Source: Myxococcota bacterium
GTDB lineage: Bacteria > Myxococcota_A > UBA9160 > UBA6930
Direction: 5' to 3'
Length of the DNA: 64,000 nucleotides
Assembly: GCA_965223705.1 (NCBI GenBank)
Contig: OZ245015.1
Coordinates: 2,048,001-2,112,000 of the forward strand
Both the position numbers and the translations under genes were made by a program. The notes under the pieces were generated by a model. That model worked only from the letters and a program-made list of their open reading frames with translations. It made no database searches and had not been told where the DNA came from. Shown here piece after piece: positions 42,510 through 51,573 of this stretch (positions within the stretch are counted from its first letter, which is position 1; the number at the start of each line of letters is the position of its first letter).

Positions 42510-44107
42510 ACCCCTTCGGAAGCACGACCGACCCCGAGGCCTTGGTGGCGCGGCCGGCGGTGACACGTGTCCTCGAAGGCGTACAGGTGTCGCTACTCAT
42601 CGGGAAGCGTCGCCTCGCCATCACCGGTCCCGACGGCATCGGCAAGACCCTGATCTTGCACGCGCTCGCGGATCGGGTCGAGTCATCGTTCGAACCGGTC
42701 TACCTGCCCTACGCCTCGTTGTCGGGTCGCGATCTGTGCGCGTGGATTCTGACGTTGCGCGATGAGCCGATCCATCGCGATCCGGTCGTCGCGCTCGAAG
42801 AAGCGGCGCGTCGCGCGAAAGCGGAGGGGCGACCGCTCCTGGTGCTGATCGACGATGCGAGCTCGTTGCTCGACGAGAGTGTTCGCCTGTTGGGCACGCT
42901 CATCGATCGCACCGAGGGTGCGCTTCGCGTCGTCGTCGCTCCGACGGACGACTTCCGGTCCGGCCGTTTGTTGGCTGCGTTCGGCGAGGGCCTCGAAGAG
43001 CATCGCATCGAACAGCCGATGACCGAAAACGAAACCCGGGATTACCTGATGGGGCGCCTCACCTGGGCCGGCGCCCCGGAAGAGACGCGCGAGGCGTTTA
43101 CCCCGAGTGTTGTGGCCGGGATTCACCAATTGTCCGGCGGCGTGCCCGGCCCGATGAACGCCCTGGCCGCGCGCGTGCTGCGCGGCGACCCGCGCGTCTT
43201 GGACGAGATTGCGGCATTCGAGGCGACCCCTACGCCAGACCCCAGTTTGTCGAGCCAGGCCACACTTCCCGACGAGCCCCTCGAAGACGAGCTCGTCGAC
43301 GACGCGGTCCCGCAGCCCGAAGCGAGCTCCGTGGCGCTCGAGCTCAAAGATGATCTCGGGGAAGAAGATTTTCCGGCGCTGCGCGAGGTGCCAGCGGACG
43401 AGCCGGTTCCCGCGCTCGAACCCAGCCTGGTCATCGATCCACTGGAAGATCCGGCGGACGAACACCCTTCTCCGGTCGCCGAGTTCACGGACTTCAGCCC
43501 CGAAGACGCGGAAGAGGTTGCGGACGACTTCGACGAGGACGACATCGTCGAGCTCGCCGACGAGCACATCGAACCCTTGCTCGAGGAGGGACCCGAAGAC
43601 GGTGACGCGTTCCCGTGGCAGGACCGCATCGCCGCCCAGCGCCCGTGGCTCGCGCAGGTGTCGCGCCTGCGAGCGACCGTCGCCGGCGCCGTGCTCGTCA
43701 TCGCGCTCCTGTTCGTGGCGGTTCCGCTTCTGCGACAGGCCATACTCGATTCCCCATCGGTCGTGCAGGAAGAGGATTTCGCCGACGGAGCCGGCGACTT
43801 CGGAGACGTACAGGCCGAGGAAGCGTTCGGCGAACCCGAATTCGGGGTGCCCGTAGAGCCGGTCGAAGAGACGGGTGACGAGCTGGCGAGTGGCAGCCTG
43901 GTGCCCGTCAACATCAACGCCGAACCCTGGGCGCACGTGGAAGTCGACGGGATCTACGTCGGCTTGACGCCGCTCGCAGACGTCAAGCTCACGCCGGGGG
44001 CTCACCAGATCCGAGCCCGCCTCCCCGACGGCGAAGTGGTCGAGCGCTGGGTCACGGTCGACTCCGGAAATCGCCACATCGCGATCGCGCCTGGTGAAGA
44101 GGACTGA
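42485..44107 (+). CDS. ExeA/GspA-like P-loop ATPase with acidic linker, TM helix and C-terminal PEGA-like domain
   Basis: GTG after GAGGAGG; DPFG..DP, ITGPDGIGKT, LVLIDDA, ET.DYL..RL..AG; TM VAGAVLVIALLFVAVPLL; INAEPWAHVEVDG..VGLTPL...LTPGAH. Confidence 0.8.
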   Translation: MAARHQSVDPFGSTTDPEALVARPAVTRVLEGVQVSLLIGKRRLAITGPDGIGKTLILHALADRVESSFEPVYLPYASLSGRDLCAWILTLRDEPIHRDPVVALEEAARRAKAEGRPLLVLIDDASSLLDESVRLLGTLIDRTEGALRVVVAPTDDFRSGRLLAAFGEGLEEHRIEQPMTENETRDYLMGRLTWAGAPEETREAFTPSVVAGIHQLSGGVPGPMNALAARVLRGDPRVLDEIAAFEATPTPDPSLSSQATLPDEPLEDELVDDAVPQPEASSVALELKDDLGEEDFPALREVPADEPVPALEPSLVIDPLEDPADEHPSPVAEFTDFSPEDAEEVADDFDEDDIVELADEHIEPLLEEGPEDGDAFPWQDRIAAQRPWLAQVSRLRATVAGAVLVIALLFVAVPLLRQAILDSPSVVQEEDFADGAGDFGDVQAEEAFGEPEFGVPVEPVEETGDELASGSLVPVNINAEPWAHVEVDGIYVGLTPLADVKLTPGAHQIRARLPDGEVVERWVTVDSGNRHIAIAPGEED

Positions 44108-44129
44108 GGAAAGCTACCCATCTCTCGGT

Positions 44130-44206
44130 CGGGCCGTAGCGCAGCTTGGTAGCGCGCCTGAATGGGGTTCAGGAGGTCGGGAGTTCGAATCTCCCCGGCC
44201 CGACCA
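44130..44206 (+). tRNA. tRNA-Pro(GGG)
   Basis: Acceptor CGGGCCG/CGGCCCG, anticodon arm CCTGA-ATGGGGT-TCAGG, GTTCGAA T-loop, encoded CCA. Confidence 0.96.
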
Positions 44207-44538
44207 GCACTTAGCCAGTTTCTCTGACTACGAGTTCTGCATCGGCTTTTCGCGGTCGCGCTTCCAGGCAACGCTTCGAGGGAGCCGCTTTGATTCTCAC
44301 CGCAGTCATCTTCGTTCTCTTCATGAGTAGCGGAGCCGGTTCCACGGTCTTGTACCCGTACACAACCCCGGCTCAGCTAGCGCAGTGGTGCACGCCGGAA
44401 GGGTCGGACGCCTGCTTCGCTTTCCTGGGCGTGCAGGCGGGTGGTACCATCAGTGTCCGACCGCGCGGCAACCCTGCGGCTCGATACCCGACCACCGGAG
44501 CCGCCGCGGACCGCGGAGAACCGGACCGGGGAGAGCGC

Positions 44539-45387
44539 ATGGGGAATCAAGGCGAGAGCCATTTCGAGAACCTGAATGGACTGCGCTTCCACTACGTAGC
44601 ATGGGGGGATCCGTCGGCGACCCCGCTGGTGCTGCTTCATGGCTTGCGTGCATACGCACACTGGTTCGATGAGTTCGCGGAGGCGGTGAAGGACCGCTAC
44701 CGCGTGATCGCCGTCGATCAGCGCGGGCGTGGTGACACCGACTGGGCTCCGGACGGGGACTACACGCGCGAAGCCTACGTTCGCGACCTCGAGGCCCTCA
44801 TCGATGCGCTCGGCCTCGAACGCTTCATCATCGTGGGCCATTCGATGGGTGGACTGAACGGGATCTACTACGCATCTCGCCATCCCGAGCGGGTGATGGC
44901 ACTCATCAACGTCGACGTCGGGCCCGATATCGATCCGGCCGGCCTCGAACGCATCCGCAAGGAGCTCGGAGAGACCCCGGATTCCTTCACCTCGTGGGAG
45001 GACGCAGCGTCCTTTCTCGTCAAGCGGCATCCCCAGGCGTCGGAGGAAAATCGGGCGACCCGGCTGCGTTGGATGTTTCGCGAGGCGCCCGATGGCACGA
45101 TCGACTGGCGGATCGACCCGGCGATCTTCGATCCGAATCTTCGCGCCGACTCCCGCGACGAGACCTGGGCAGCGTGGAAGAGCTTGGCATGCCCCACCCT
45201 GATCGTGCGCGGTGGTGTCACGGACATCCTCACCGAAGAGACGTGCGAAGAGATGGTCGCGGCACTCCCGAACAGTCGTTGGGTCGAAGTGCCCGACGCG
45301 GGCCACATGGTGCTCGAGGACAACCCGGAGGGTTTCAACGCCGCGTCGCTGGCGTTCCTCCGGACGCTTGCGAACGAAGGGGAGTGA
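44539..45387 (+). CDS. Alpha/beta-fold hydrolase
   Basis: LLHGL oxyanion motif, DQRGRG, GHSMG nucleophile elbow, AGHMV catalytic His. Confidence 0.9.
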   Translation: MGNQGESHFENLNGLRFHYVAWGDPSATPLVLLHGLRAYAHWFDEFAEAVKDRYRVIAVDQRGRGDTDWAPDGDYTREAYVRDLEALIDALGLERFIIVGHSMGGLNGIYYASRHPERVMALINVDVGPDIDPAGLERIRKELGETPDSFTSWEDAASFLVKRHPQASEENRATRLRWMFREAPDGTIDWRIDPAIFDPNLRADSRDETWAAWKSLACPTLIVRGGVTDILTEETCEEMVAALPNSRWVEVPDAGHMVLEDNPEGFNAASLAFLRTLANEGE

Positions 45388-45403
45388 AGCGAGGGAGCGA
45401 ATC

Positions 45404-46594
45404 ATGAAGACGGTCATCGCCGACAAGCGCTGGGCGAAGAAATACCCTCACGTGGGCACCGGCCCCGTTTCCACGGAGCCGTGCATCTCTCCGGAGTTTT
45501 TCGAGCTCGAGCGAGAGCGCGTCTTCAGGCGCTGCTGGCTCAACGTGGGCCGGGTCGGAGACGTCCCCAATCCCGGGGATTACTTCGTCCAGGACATCGC
45601 AGTCTGCAACGCGTCGATCGTGGTCGTCCGGGGCGGAGACGGCGAGGTGCGCGCCTTTCACAACGTGTGCTCTCATCGCGGCAACAAGGTCGTGTGGAAC
45701 GAACGCGGGAATACCCGGGTCTTCGTGTGTGGCTTTCACAGCTGGGTCTACGAGACCGATGGCTCCCTTCGTACGATCACCGACGAAGAGAACTTCTTCG
45801 ATCTCGACCGCTGTAAGCTCGGTCTCTCTCCGGTCCATCTCGACATCTGGGAAGGATTCATCTTCATTCACCTCGGTACCCCGACGGAGAGCCTCCGCGA
45901 GTACTTGGGGGGCGTTGACGACCAGCTCGGAGGCGGGCACTTCGACAAGCTCGAGAAGACCTTCGAGTACCACGTCCACGAGAACACCAACTGGAAGAAC
46001 GCGCTCGACGCCCAGAACGAGATCTACCACCTCCCGTTCCAGCATCAACGCTCGATTCCGGACTTCGCCGTGCGAAAGAACGGGCAGTTCATTCGCACGC
46101 AGGACTTCCGGATCTACGGGAAGCACACGGTGTACGCGTCGGAGGTCCCCGACGAGCGCAAGGCGGGGCCTCTCGAGGAGATGTCGTACCGCCTCGGCGG
46201 ACTTTCGAACGAGGAAGAGACTACGGCGCACAGCTTGCCGCGCATCGGGGACTTCGATTTCTACACGATTTTCCCGAACACATGCATCCTGCTCTCGCGC
46301 GGTCTCCCCTCCGACAACTTCATCACGTACAACTTCTGGCCCCTGGCCTTGGACAAGACGCTCTGGAAGATCAAGATGCACTTCGTTCCCGCGAAGAATG
46401 CCGGCGAGCGCCTCGCCCAGGAGTACACGAAGTGCTTGGTGCGCGATGTCATCTACGAAGACGCGGCAGCCCACGAGTCGATCCACGAAGGGCTCGTGTC
46501 GCGGGCGAAGCCTTCCGTGTACTACCAGGATGACGAGATCCAGATCCGCTACTTCCACGAGGTGCTGGAAGGGCTTTGCGGAGCCGAGGCATGA
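45404..46594 (+). CDS. Rieske non-heme iron oxygenase, alpha subunit
   Basis: CSHRG...CGFHSW Rieske motif; NWK..EIYHLPFQH and YED mononuclear Fe ligands. Confidence 0.93.
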   Translation: MKTVIADKRWAKKYPHVGTGPVSTEPCISPEFFELERERVFRRCWLNVGRVGDVPNPGDYFVQDIAVCNASIVVVRGGDGEVRAFHNVCSHRGNKVVWNERGNTRVFVCGFHSWVYETDGSLRTITDEENFFDLDRCKLGLSPVHLDIWEGFIFIHLGTPTESLREYLGGVDDQLGGGHFDKLEKTFEYHVHENTNWKNALDAQNEIYHLPFQHQRSIPDFAVRKNGQFIRTQDFRIYGKHTVYASEVPDERKAGPLEEMSYRLGGLSNEEETTAHSLPRIGDFDFYTIFPNTCILLSRGLPSDNFITYNFWPLALDKTLWKIKMHFVPAKNAGERLAQEYTKCLVRDVIYEDAAAHESIHEGLVSRAKPSVYYQDDEIQIRYFHEVLEGLCGAEA

Positions 46595-46920
46595 GCGATG
46601 CAAGTCGCCGCCTGCCCGAGGAGTTCAGCCACCTCGAGCGCTTCTCCGACTGGTGTCTCCCAACCGAACGCGAACGCCAGTACAAGCGGCTGGGTTCGGA
46701 CATGGGCGAGCTCCGCGAGTTCTACGAAGCCATGTTCCCTCGCATGGAGGAGCTCGTCTCCTACCTGAATCCGCTTCCCTTGGATGCACTCTCGGACGAA
46801 GCGCAAAACCTGCTGAACCTCTGTCTCTCGGTCGTTGAGGTTTCGAACGCAGTCGAGATGTTCGGTCAGCCGGGGGTCATCGACGGCTTCGATCCCGAGC
46901 GCTTCATCCCGATCGAGTGA
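46591..46920 (+). CDS. Small acidic hypothetical protein coupled to the Rieske oxygenase
   Basis: ATG overlaps the oxygenase stop (ATGA); helical-looking 109-aa sequence with typical codon usage. Confidence 0.8.
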   Translation: MSDASRRLPEEFSHLERFSDWCLPTERERQYKRLGSDMGELREFYEAMFPRMEELVSYLNPLPLDALSDEAQNLLNLCLSVVEVSNAVEMFGQPGVIDGFDPERFIPIE

Positions 46921-46939
46921 ACAACGAGGAGGAGTCCGC

Positions 46940-47407
46940 GTGACGCCCAACCATCCCATTCAATGTCGTGGCATCGATCACGTGGTCCTACGCGTGTCGG
47001 ATATCGATCGATCGCTCCGCTTCTACACCGAAATTCTGGGGCTTTCGCTCGAGCGGATCATCGAGGACATCGGGGTCTACCAGATCCGGTGCGGACAGAA
47101 CCTGATCGACCTCTGTGTCCTGCAGGAAGGCAAGCAGCTCGCGGACAAAGACGAGAGGGGGATCGACCACCTCTGCATCATGGTCCACGGGGATTTCGAC
47201 AAGGTCGTGGGTCACATCAAGGAGCACGGCGTGCCCATCACGTTCGGACCGGTTGAGCTCTACGGAGCCACGGGCTTCGGCACCTCGATCTACATTCTCG
47301 ATCCGGACGAGCACACCCTGGAGCTCAAGGCGGACTACCCGCAATGGGCGGTGCGGACGACCTCCACCGACGCCAAGGGCACCATGACACGACCCAAGTC
47401 TTCGTAG
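46940..47407 (+). CDS. VOC (glyoxalase/extradiol dioxygenase) family protein
   Basis: IDHVVLRVSD..SLRFY..ILG, IDHLC, IYILDPDEHTLEL; RBS GAGGAGGAG. Confidence 0.9.
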   Translation: MTPNHPIQCRGIDHVVLRVSDIDRSLRFYTEILGLSLERIIEDIGVYQIRCGQNLIDLCVLQEGKQLADKDERGIDHLCIMVHGDFDKVVGHIKEHGVPITFGPVELYGATGFGTSIYILDPDEHTLELKADYPQWAVRTTSTDAKGTMTRPKSS

Positions 47408-47415
47408 CGCCGGAA

Positions 47416-48231
47416 CTACAGGGCCTGCTTTCCCGCTGCCGGCTTGTCGCTCCTTAAAGCCAGGCCGTCCTCGGGCCCGCAGGTCAGCTCGCCCCCGTCG
47501 AGGACGTAGGCCGACCCGCTGACGAAGGCACCGGCGGGGCTCGCGAGAAACAACGCAAGACCTGCAACCTCGTGCGCCTCCCCGACCCGCATGAGGGGGT
47601 TGATCGGCGCCCCGGTCTCCTCGACTTCGGCGACTCGCTGTCCCGCGAAGTCGGTCCGGATCAGGCCCGGAGCGAGCGCCACTGCGCGGATCCCGTCGCC
47701 GGCCCACTCCTTGGCGAGGAGGCTCGTCAGGTTGACCAGAGCCGCCTTGGTGAGGGCGTAGCTCCCGATGCTGAGGTCGGGGCGCATGGCCTGGTTCGAG
47801 CTCATGTTGAGAATGACACCGCCTCCGCGCTCGACCATCGAGTCGCGGCAGAGCTGAGCCATGTGCAGCGCCGCCCAGACGTTCGTGTCCATCGCTTTGA
47901 GGAAGCTCTCACGGTCCTGGCTCGCCATCGGTCCCCAGGCGAGAAAGGCCGCGTTGTTGACGAGGATGTCGACGCCCCCGAGCGTATCGACGGTGCGGCG
48001 CACCAACCCTTCGCGCTCGGCTGTCTCGCCGATATCGCAGGGGACCGCGATCACGCGACGCCCCGTCCGCGAGATGGCGTCGGCAGCCCGTTCGAGTTCG
48101 TCTTTGCCCCGTGCCGCGAGCGCCACGTCGGCGCCGTGCTCGGCAAATGTTTGGGCAATGGCGCGACCGATCCCCTTGGAACCGCCCGTCACGATGGCCA
48201 CTTTCCCTTCCAAGGAGAGATCGATTGTCAT
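47416..48231 (-). CDS. SDR-family oxidoreductase
   Basis: TGGSKGIG, NNAA, YALTK, PG.IRT. Confidence 0.93.
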   Translation of the reverse strand: MTIDLSLEGKVAIVTGGSKGIGRAIAQTFAEHGADVALAARGKDELERAADAISRTGRRVIAVPCDIGETAEREGLVRRTVDTLGGVDILVNNAAFLAWGPMASQDRESFLKAMDTNVWAALHMAQLCRDSMVERGGGVILNMSSNQAMRPDLSIGSYALTKAALVNLTSLLAKEWAGDGIRAVALAPGLIRTDFAGQRVAEVEETGAPINPLMRVGEAHEVAGLALFLASPAGAFVSGSAYVLDGGELTCGPEDGLALRSDKPAAGKQAL

Positions 48232-48367
48232 CGCGCGTACCTCGCTTCCCCAAGATCGTCCCACGACCGAAAAAGATTGCAATCAAAACCTGGGACGCGA
48301 GGCGAATGGCTTCTGCCGGGGTCGTGTGAGACCATGCGCGTGAATTGCTTCGCAGGGAGAGAATGAC

Positions 48368-49141
48368 GTGGACCGAGGAGCGGTCGGGGAGGTCGCGCTG
48401 GTCACGGGCGGAGCGTCGGGGATCGGGCGCGCGTGCGTGCTGGCCCTCGCCCGGGCAGGCGCCAAGGTCATCGTCGCGGATGTCGAGGTTGAATCCGGCG
48501 AGGCCGCCGTCGACGAGGTCGCAAGTGCGGGTGGGACCAGCATGTTCGTCCGCTGCGACGTCGCGTCCCTCGAAGACGTCGAGTCGATGGTCGCGCGGGG
48601 TGTCGAGGCGTACGGACGCCTCGACTGCGCCGTCAACAACGCCGGCATCCAGGGATCGCTCGACTCGACCGAAGCCTGCACCAAGGAGAACTGGGATCGC
48701 ACGCTCGCCGTCAACCTGACGGGCGTCTGGCACTGTATGAAGCAGGAGCTCCCGATCATGCTTTCTCAAGGCGCGGGGGCCATCGTGAACATCGCGTCGA
48801 ACTTCGGACTCGTGGGCTCGGCTGGAATGCCCGCTTACTCGGCGAGCAAACACGGAATCCTCGGGCTGACAAAGACGGCTGCCCTCGAGACCGCGCGCTC
48901 GGGCGTCCGCGTCAACGCGATTTGTCCCGGGCCGGTGAAGACCCCGCTGGTCGACAAGATTCTCCGCGCCCAACCCGAGTACGCCGACGAGATCGTCGAG
49001 GCGATTGTCGATCGCGAGCCGATCGGCCGGATGGGGAAGCCGGAAGAGATCGCGGAGGCCGTGGTGTGGCTATGTTCGGACGCCGCGTCCTTTGTCACCG
49101 GAGCCGTGTTGGCGGTCGATGGTGGGTTCGTCGCGCAATGA
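48368..49141 (+). CDS. SDR-family oxidoreductase
   Basis: TGGASGIG, NNAG, YSASK, CPGPVKT, VDGG. Confidence 0.93.
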   Translation: MDRGAVGEVALVTGGASGIGRACVLALARAGAKVIVADVEVESGEAAVDEVASAGGTSMFVRCDVASLEDVESMVARGVEAYGRLDCAVNNAGIQGSLDSTEACTKENWDRTLAVNLTGVWHCMKQELPIMLSQGAGAIVNIASNFGLVGSAGMPAYSASKHGILGLTKTAALETARSGVRVNAICPGPVKTPLVDKILRAQPEYADEIVEAIVDREPIGRMGKPEEIAEAVVWLCSDAASFVTGAVLAVDGGFVAQ

Positions 49142-49181
49142 TGCAGAAGCGGTTGCTGCAAAGAGATATCGAGGAGTCGAG

Positions 49182-51542
49182 ATGACAGAGGCCACAGTGC
49201 GTCCGGCGCGCTACGTCGGCGCCAGAGTCGATCGCGTCGAGGATCCGAAGTATCTGCGAGGGCACGGCAGCTACGTCGACGACATCGAGCTCCCCCAGCT
49301 GCTTCACGCCGCGTTCGTGCGCAGCCCGTTCGCCCATGCGCGGATCGGGGAGATCGATACGCGCGAGGCGGAGAAGAGCCCGGGAACGGTGCGCGTCTTG
49401 ACCGGCCGCGACCTCGAAGACGAAATCCTGCCCATGACGATCTCGGCGGACCCCCCCGAGGTGAAGGTGACCCGGCGACGTGTGCTCGCAACGGACCGAG
49501 CTCGTTATGTCGGGGACCCTGTGGCCATCGTCGTTGCGACCTCTCGCTACGCCGCTGAAGACGCGGCGGCGCTCGTCGACGTCGATTGGGAGCCACTTCC
49601 CGTTGTTTGCGATCCCGAAGAAGCTCTCAAAGACGAAGCGCCCCGGCTCGACGAGGATCTCGACGACAACAACATCGCTCATATCGTCGGGGGCGCCGGT
49701 GACGCCGACGCCGCCTTCAGCAAGGCTGCGCAGGTCTTCACGAAGCGTTTTCATTCCGCGCGCAGCGTGGGAGCCCCCCTCGAGACGCGGGGAGTCCTCG
49801 CTTCCTACGACCCGGCGACGCAGCGCTTGTCGATCTGGGCCTCCACCCAGATGCCGCATCTGCTTCGGACGATGATCGCTCCCCTGCTACGGATTCCCGA
49901 AGGCAGGATCGATGTCGTCGCCCCCGACGTGGGTGGCGGCTTCGGCTACAAGGCGCACTTGTATCCAGAAGATCTCGTCGTCCCGGCAGCGAGTCGGCTG
50001 CTCGGTCGGCCCGTGAAATGGATCGCCGATCGTTTCGAGGACTTGACGGCGGGGACCCATTCAAAGGGGATGGTGGCGGATTTCGAGCTCGCGGTGGATG
50101 ACGGGGGAAGCATTCTCGGGATGCGCGCCCACCTCATCTCGGACGGCGGCGGCTACTCGGGCTCCTACACGCCGCTCATCGACACGCTCATGGCGGCTCG
50201 CCAGCTCCCGAGTCTCTACCGCGTTCGCGACCTCGCGTACGTCGTGGACGCACCCGCCACGAACAAGTGTCCCATCGGTGCGGTGCGCGGGGTCGGATGG
50301 TCTCCGGGACAGACCGCGCGCGAGTGCCTGATCGACGACGCTGCCCGCGGCATGGGCCTCGACCCCGTCGAGTTCCGGGCGATGAACATGCTGAGCTCCG
50401 AACCGCAGGAAACGGCGCTCGGTGCGCAGCTCGACGGCGGGAGCTACGTCGAGAGCCTGCGGCGCGCCGCGGAAACCCTCGACTACCCCGCCTTTCGCCG
50501 ACGCCAGACGGCGTTGCGCGAAGAAGGGCGCTACCTGGGGATCGGCTTCAGTCCCTTCATTGAGCCCACGGGTCTCGGAACCGAGATGGCGAAGCAGTGG
50601 CAGATGACCGGAACGTTCCACGACCGCGCTTCGGTCTCGATGGAGCCCGACGGCTCCGTCGTGGTCAGCACGGGTCTCCACTCCCACGGTCAGGGTCTCG
50701 AGACCTCGCTCGCGCAGATCACGGCGGACGAACTCGGCGTACATCTCGAAAACGTCCGGGTGACGTCGGGCGACACGAGCCGAGATGCCTGGGGAATGTT
50801 CCTCGGAGCGAGCCGCGGTGCCGTGATCGGGACCGGCTCGATCATGCTCGCGGCCGGCGACGTGCGTCAGAAGCTGCTCAGTCTCGCTGGCGTACTCCTC
50901 GAGGCGAGCCCCGATGACATCGAGCTCTACGACGGGAAGGCCGCGCTCAGGGGCGCTCCCGTTCGTTCGGTTTCGATCGCGGACGTCGCGGCGTTCGGCT
51001 ACTTCGGCGGTGACCGTCGGACGCAGGGCGAGGAGCACGCGCTTTGTTCGACCCGTTCCTACGACCCGCCCCAGAGTTACAGCAACGGCTGTTGCGCCGT
51101 GGTCGCGGAGGTCGACATCGGGACGGGCGGGGTGGTCCTCGAGCGGGTCGTCGCTGTCGAGGATTGCGGCGTGATGCTCAACCCCAAGATCGTCGAAGGG
51201 CAGATCGCCGGGGGCATCGCTCACGGAATCGGCCTCGCTTTGCTCGAGGAGGCGATCTACGACGAAGAGGGCCAGTTCCTTTCGGGCAGCCTGATGGACT
51301 ATCTGTACCCGACGTCGACGGCAATCCCCGAGATCGAGATCGTGCACATCGAGACGCCGTCACCCGTAACCCTAGGCGGCGTGAAGGGGATGGCCGAAGG
51401 GGGCACCGTGGCGGCGCCAGGGGCCGTGGTCAACGCCGTGGCGGACGCCCTTTCGCCTTTTGGCGTGACAATCGACCGCATTCCCATGACACCGAGTTAC
51501 TTGCTGGACCGCCTGAGAGAAGCGCGTCGTCGCGACGAGTAG
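49182..51542 (+). CDS. Xanthine dehydrogenase family molybdopterin-binding large subunit (CoxL/CutL-like, not CODH form I)
   Basis: RVED..L.G.GSYVDD, RSPFAHA, VGGGFG, AVRGVGW, HGQG, EGQIAGG, KGMAEGG. Confidence 0.92.
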   Translation: MTEATVRPARYVGARVDRVEDPKYLRGHGSYVDDIELPQLLHAAFVRSPFAHARIGEIDTREAEKSPGTVRVLTGRDLEDEILPMTISADPPEVKVTRRRVLATDRARYVGDPVAIVVATSRYAAEDAAALVDVDWEPLPVVCDPEEALKDEAPRLDEDLDDNNIAHIVGGAGDADAAFSKAAQVFTKRFHSARSVGAPLETRGVLASYDPATQRLSIWASTQMPHLLRTMIAPLLRIPEGRIDVVAPDVGGGFGYKAHLYPEDLVVPAASRLLGRPVKWIADRFEDLTAGTHSKGMVADFELAVDDGGSILGMRAHLISDGGGYSGSYTPLIDTLMAARQLPSLYRVRDLAYVVDAPATNKCPIGAVRGVGWSPGQTARECLIDDAARGMGLDPVEFRAMNMLSSEPQETALGAQLDGGSYVESLRRAAETLDYPAFRRRQTALREEGRYLGIGFSPFIEPTGLGTEMAKQWQMTGTFHDRASVSMEPDGSVVVSTGLHSHGQGLETSLAQITADELGVHLENVRVTSGDTSRDAWGMFLGASRGAVIGTGSIMLAAGDVRQKLLSLAGVLLEASPDDIELYDGKAALRGAPVRSVSIADVAAFGYFGGDRRTQGEEHALCSTRSYDPPQSYSNGCCAVVAEVDIGTGGVVLERVVAVEDCGVMLNPKIVEGQIAGGIAHGIGLALLEEAIYDEEGQFLSGSLMDYLYPTSTAIPEIEIVHIETPSPVTLGGVKGMAEGGTVAAPGAVVNAVADALSPFGVTIDRIPMTPSYLLDRLREARRRDE

Positions 51543-51573
51543 CTTTCGGAAGGCTGTCTCGCAGCAAAGCGAT

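Noticed and set aside
44378..44389. tRNA-like fragment TAGCGCAGTGGT
   Set aside because: No acceptor, anticodon or T arm follows; likely chance
49182..51542. Aerobic CO dehydrogenase
   Set aside because: Lacks the AYxCSFR Cu-binding loop (has AVRGVGW)
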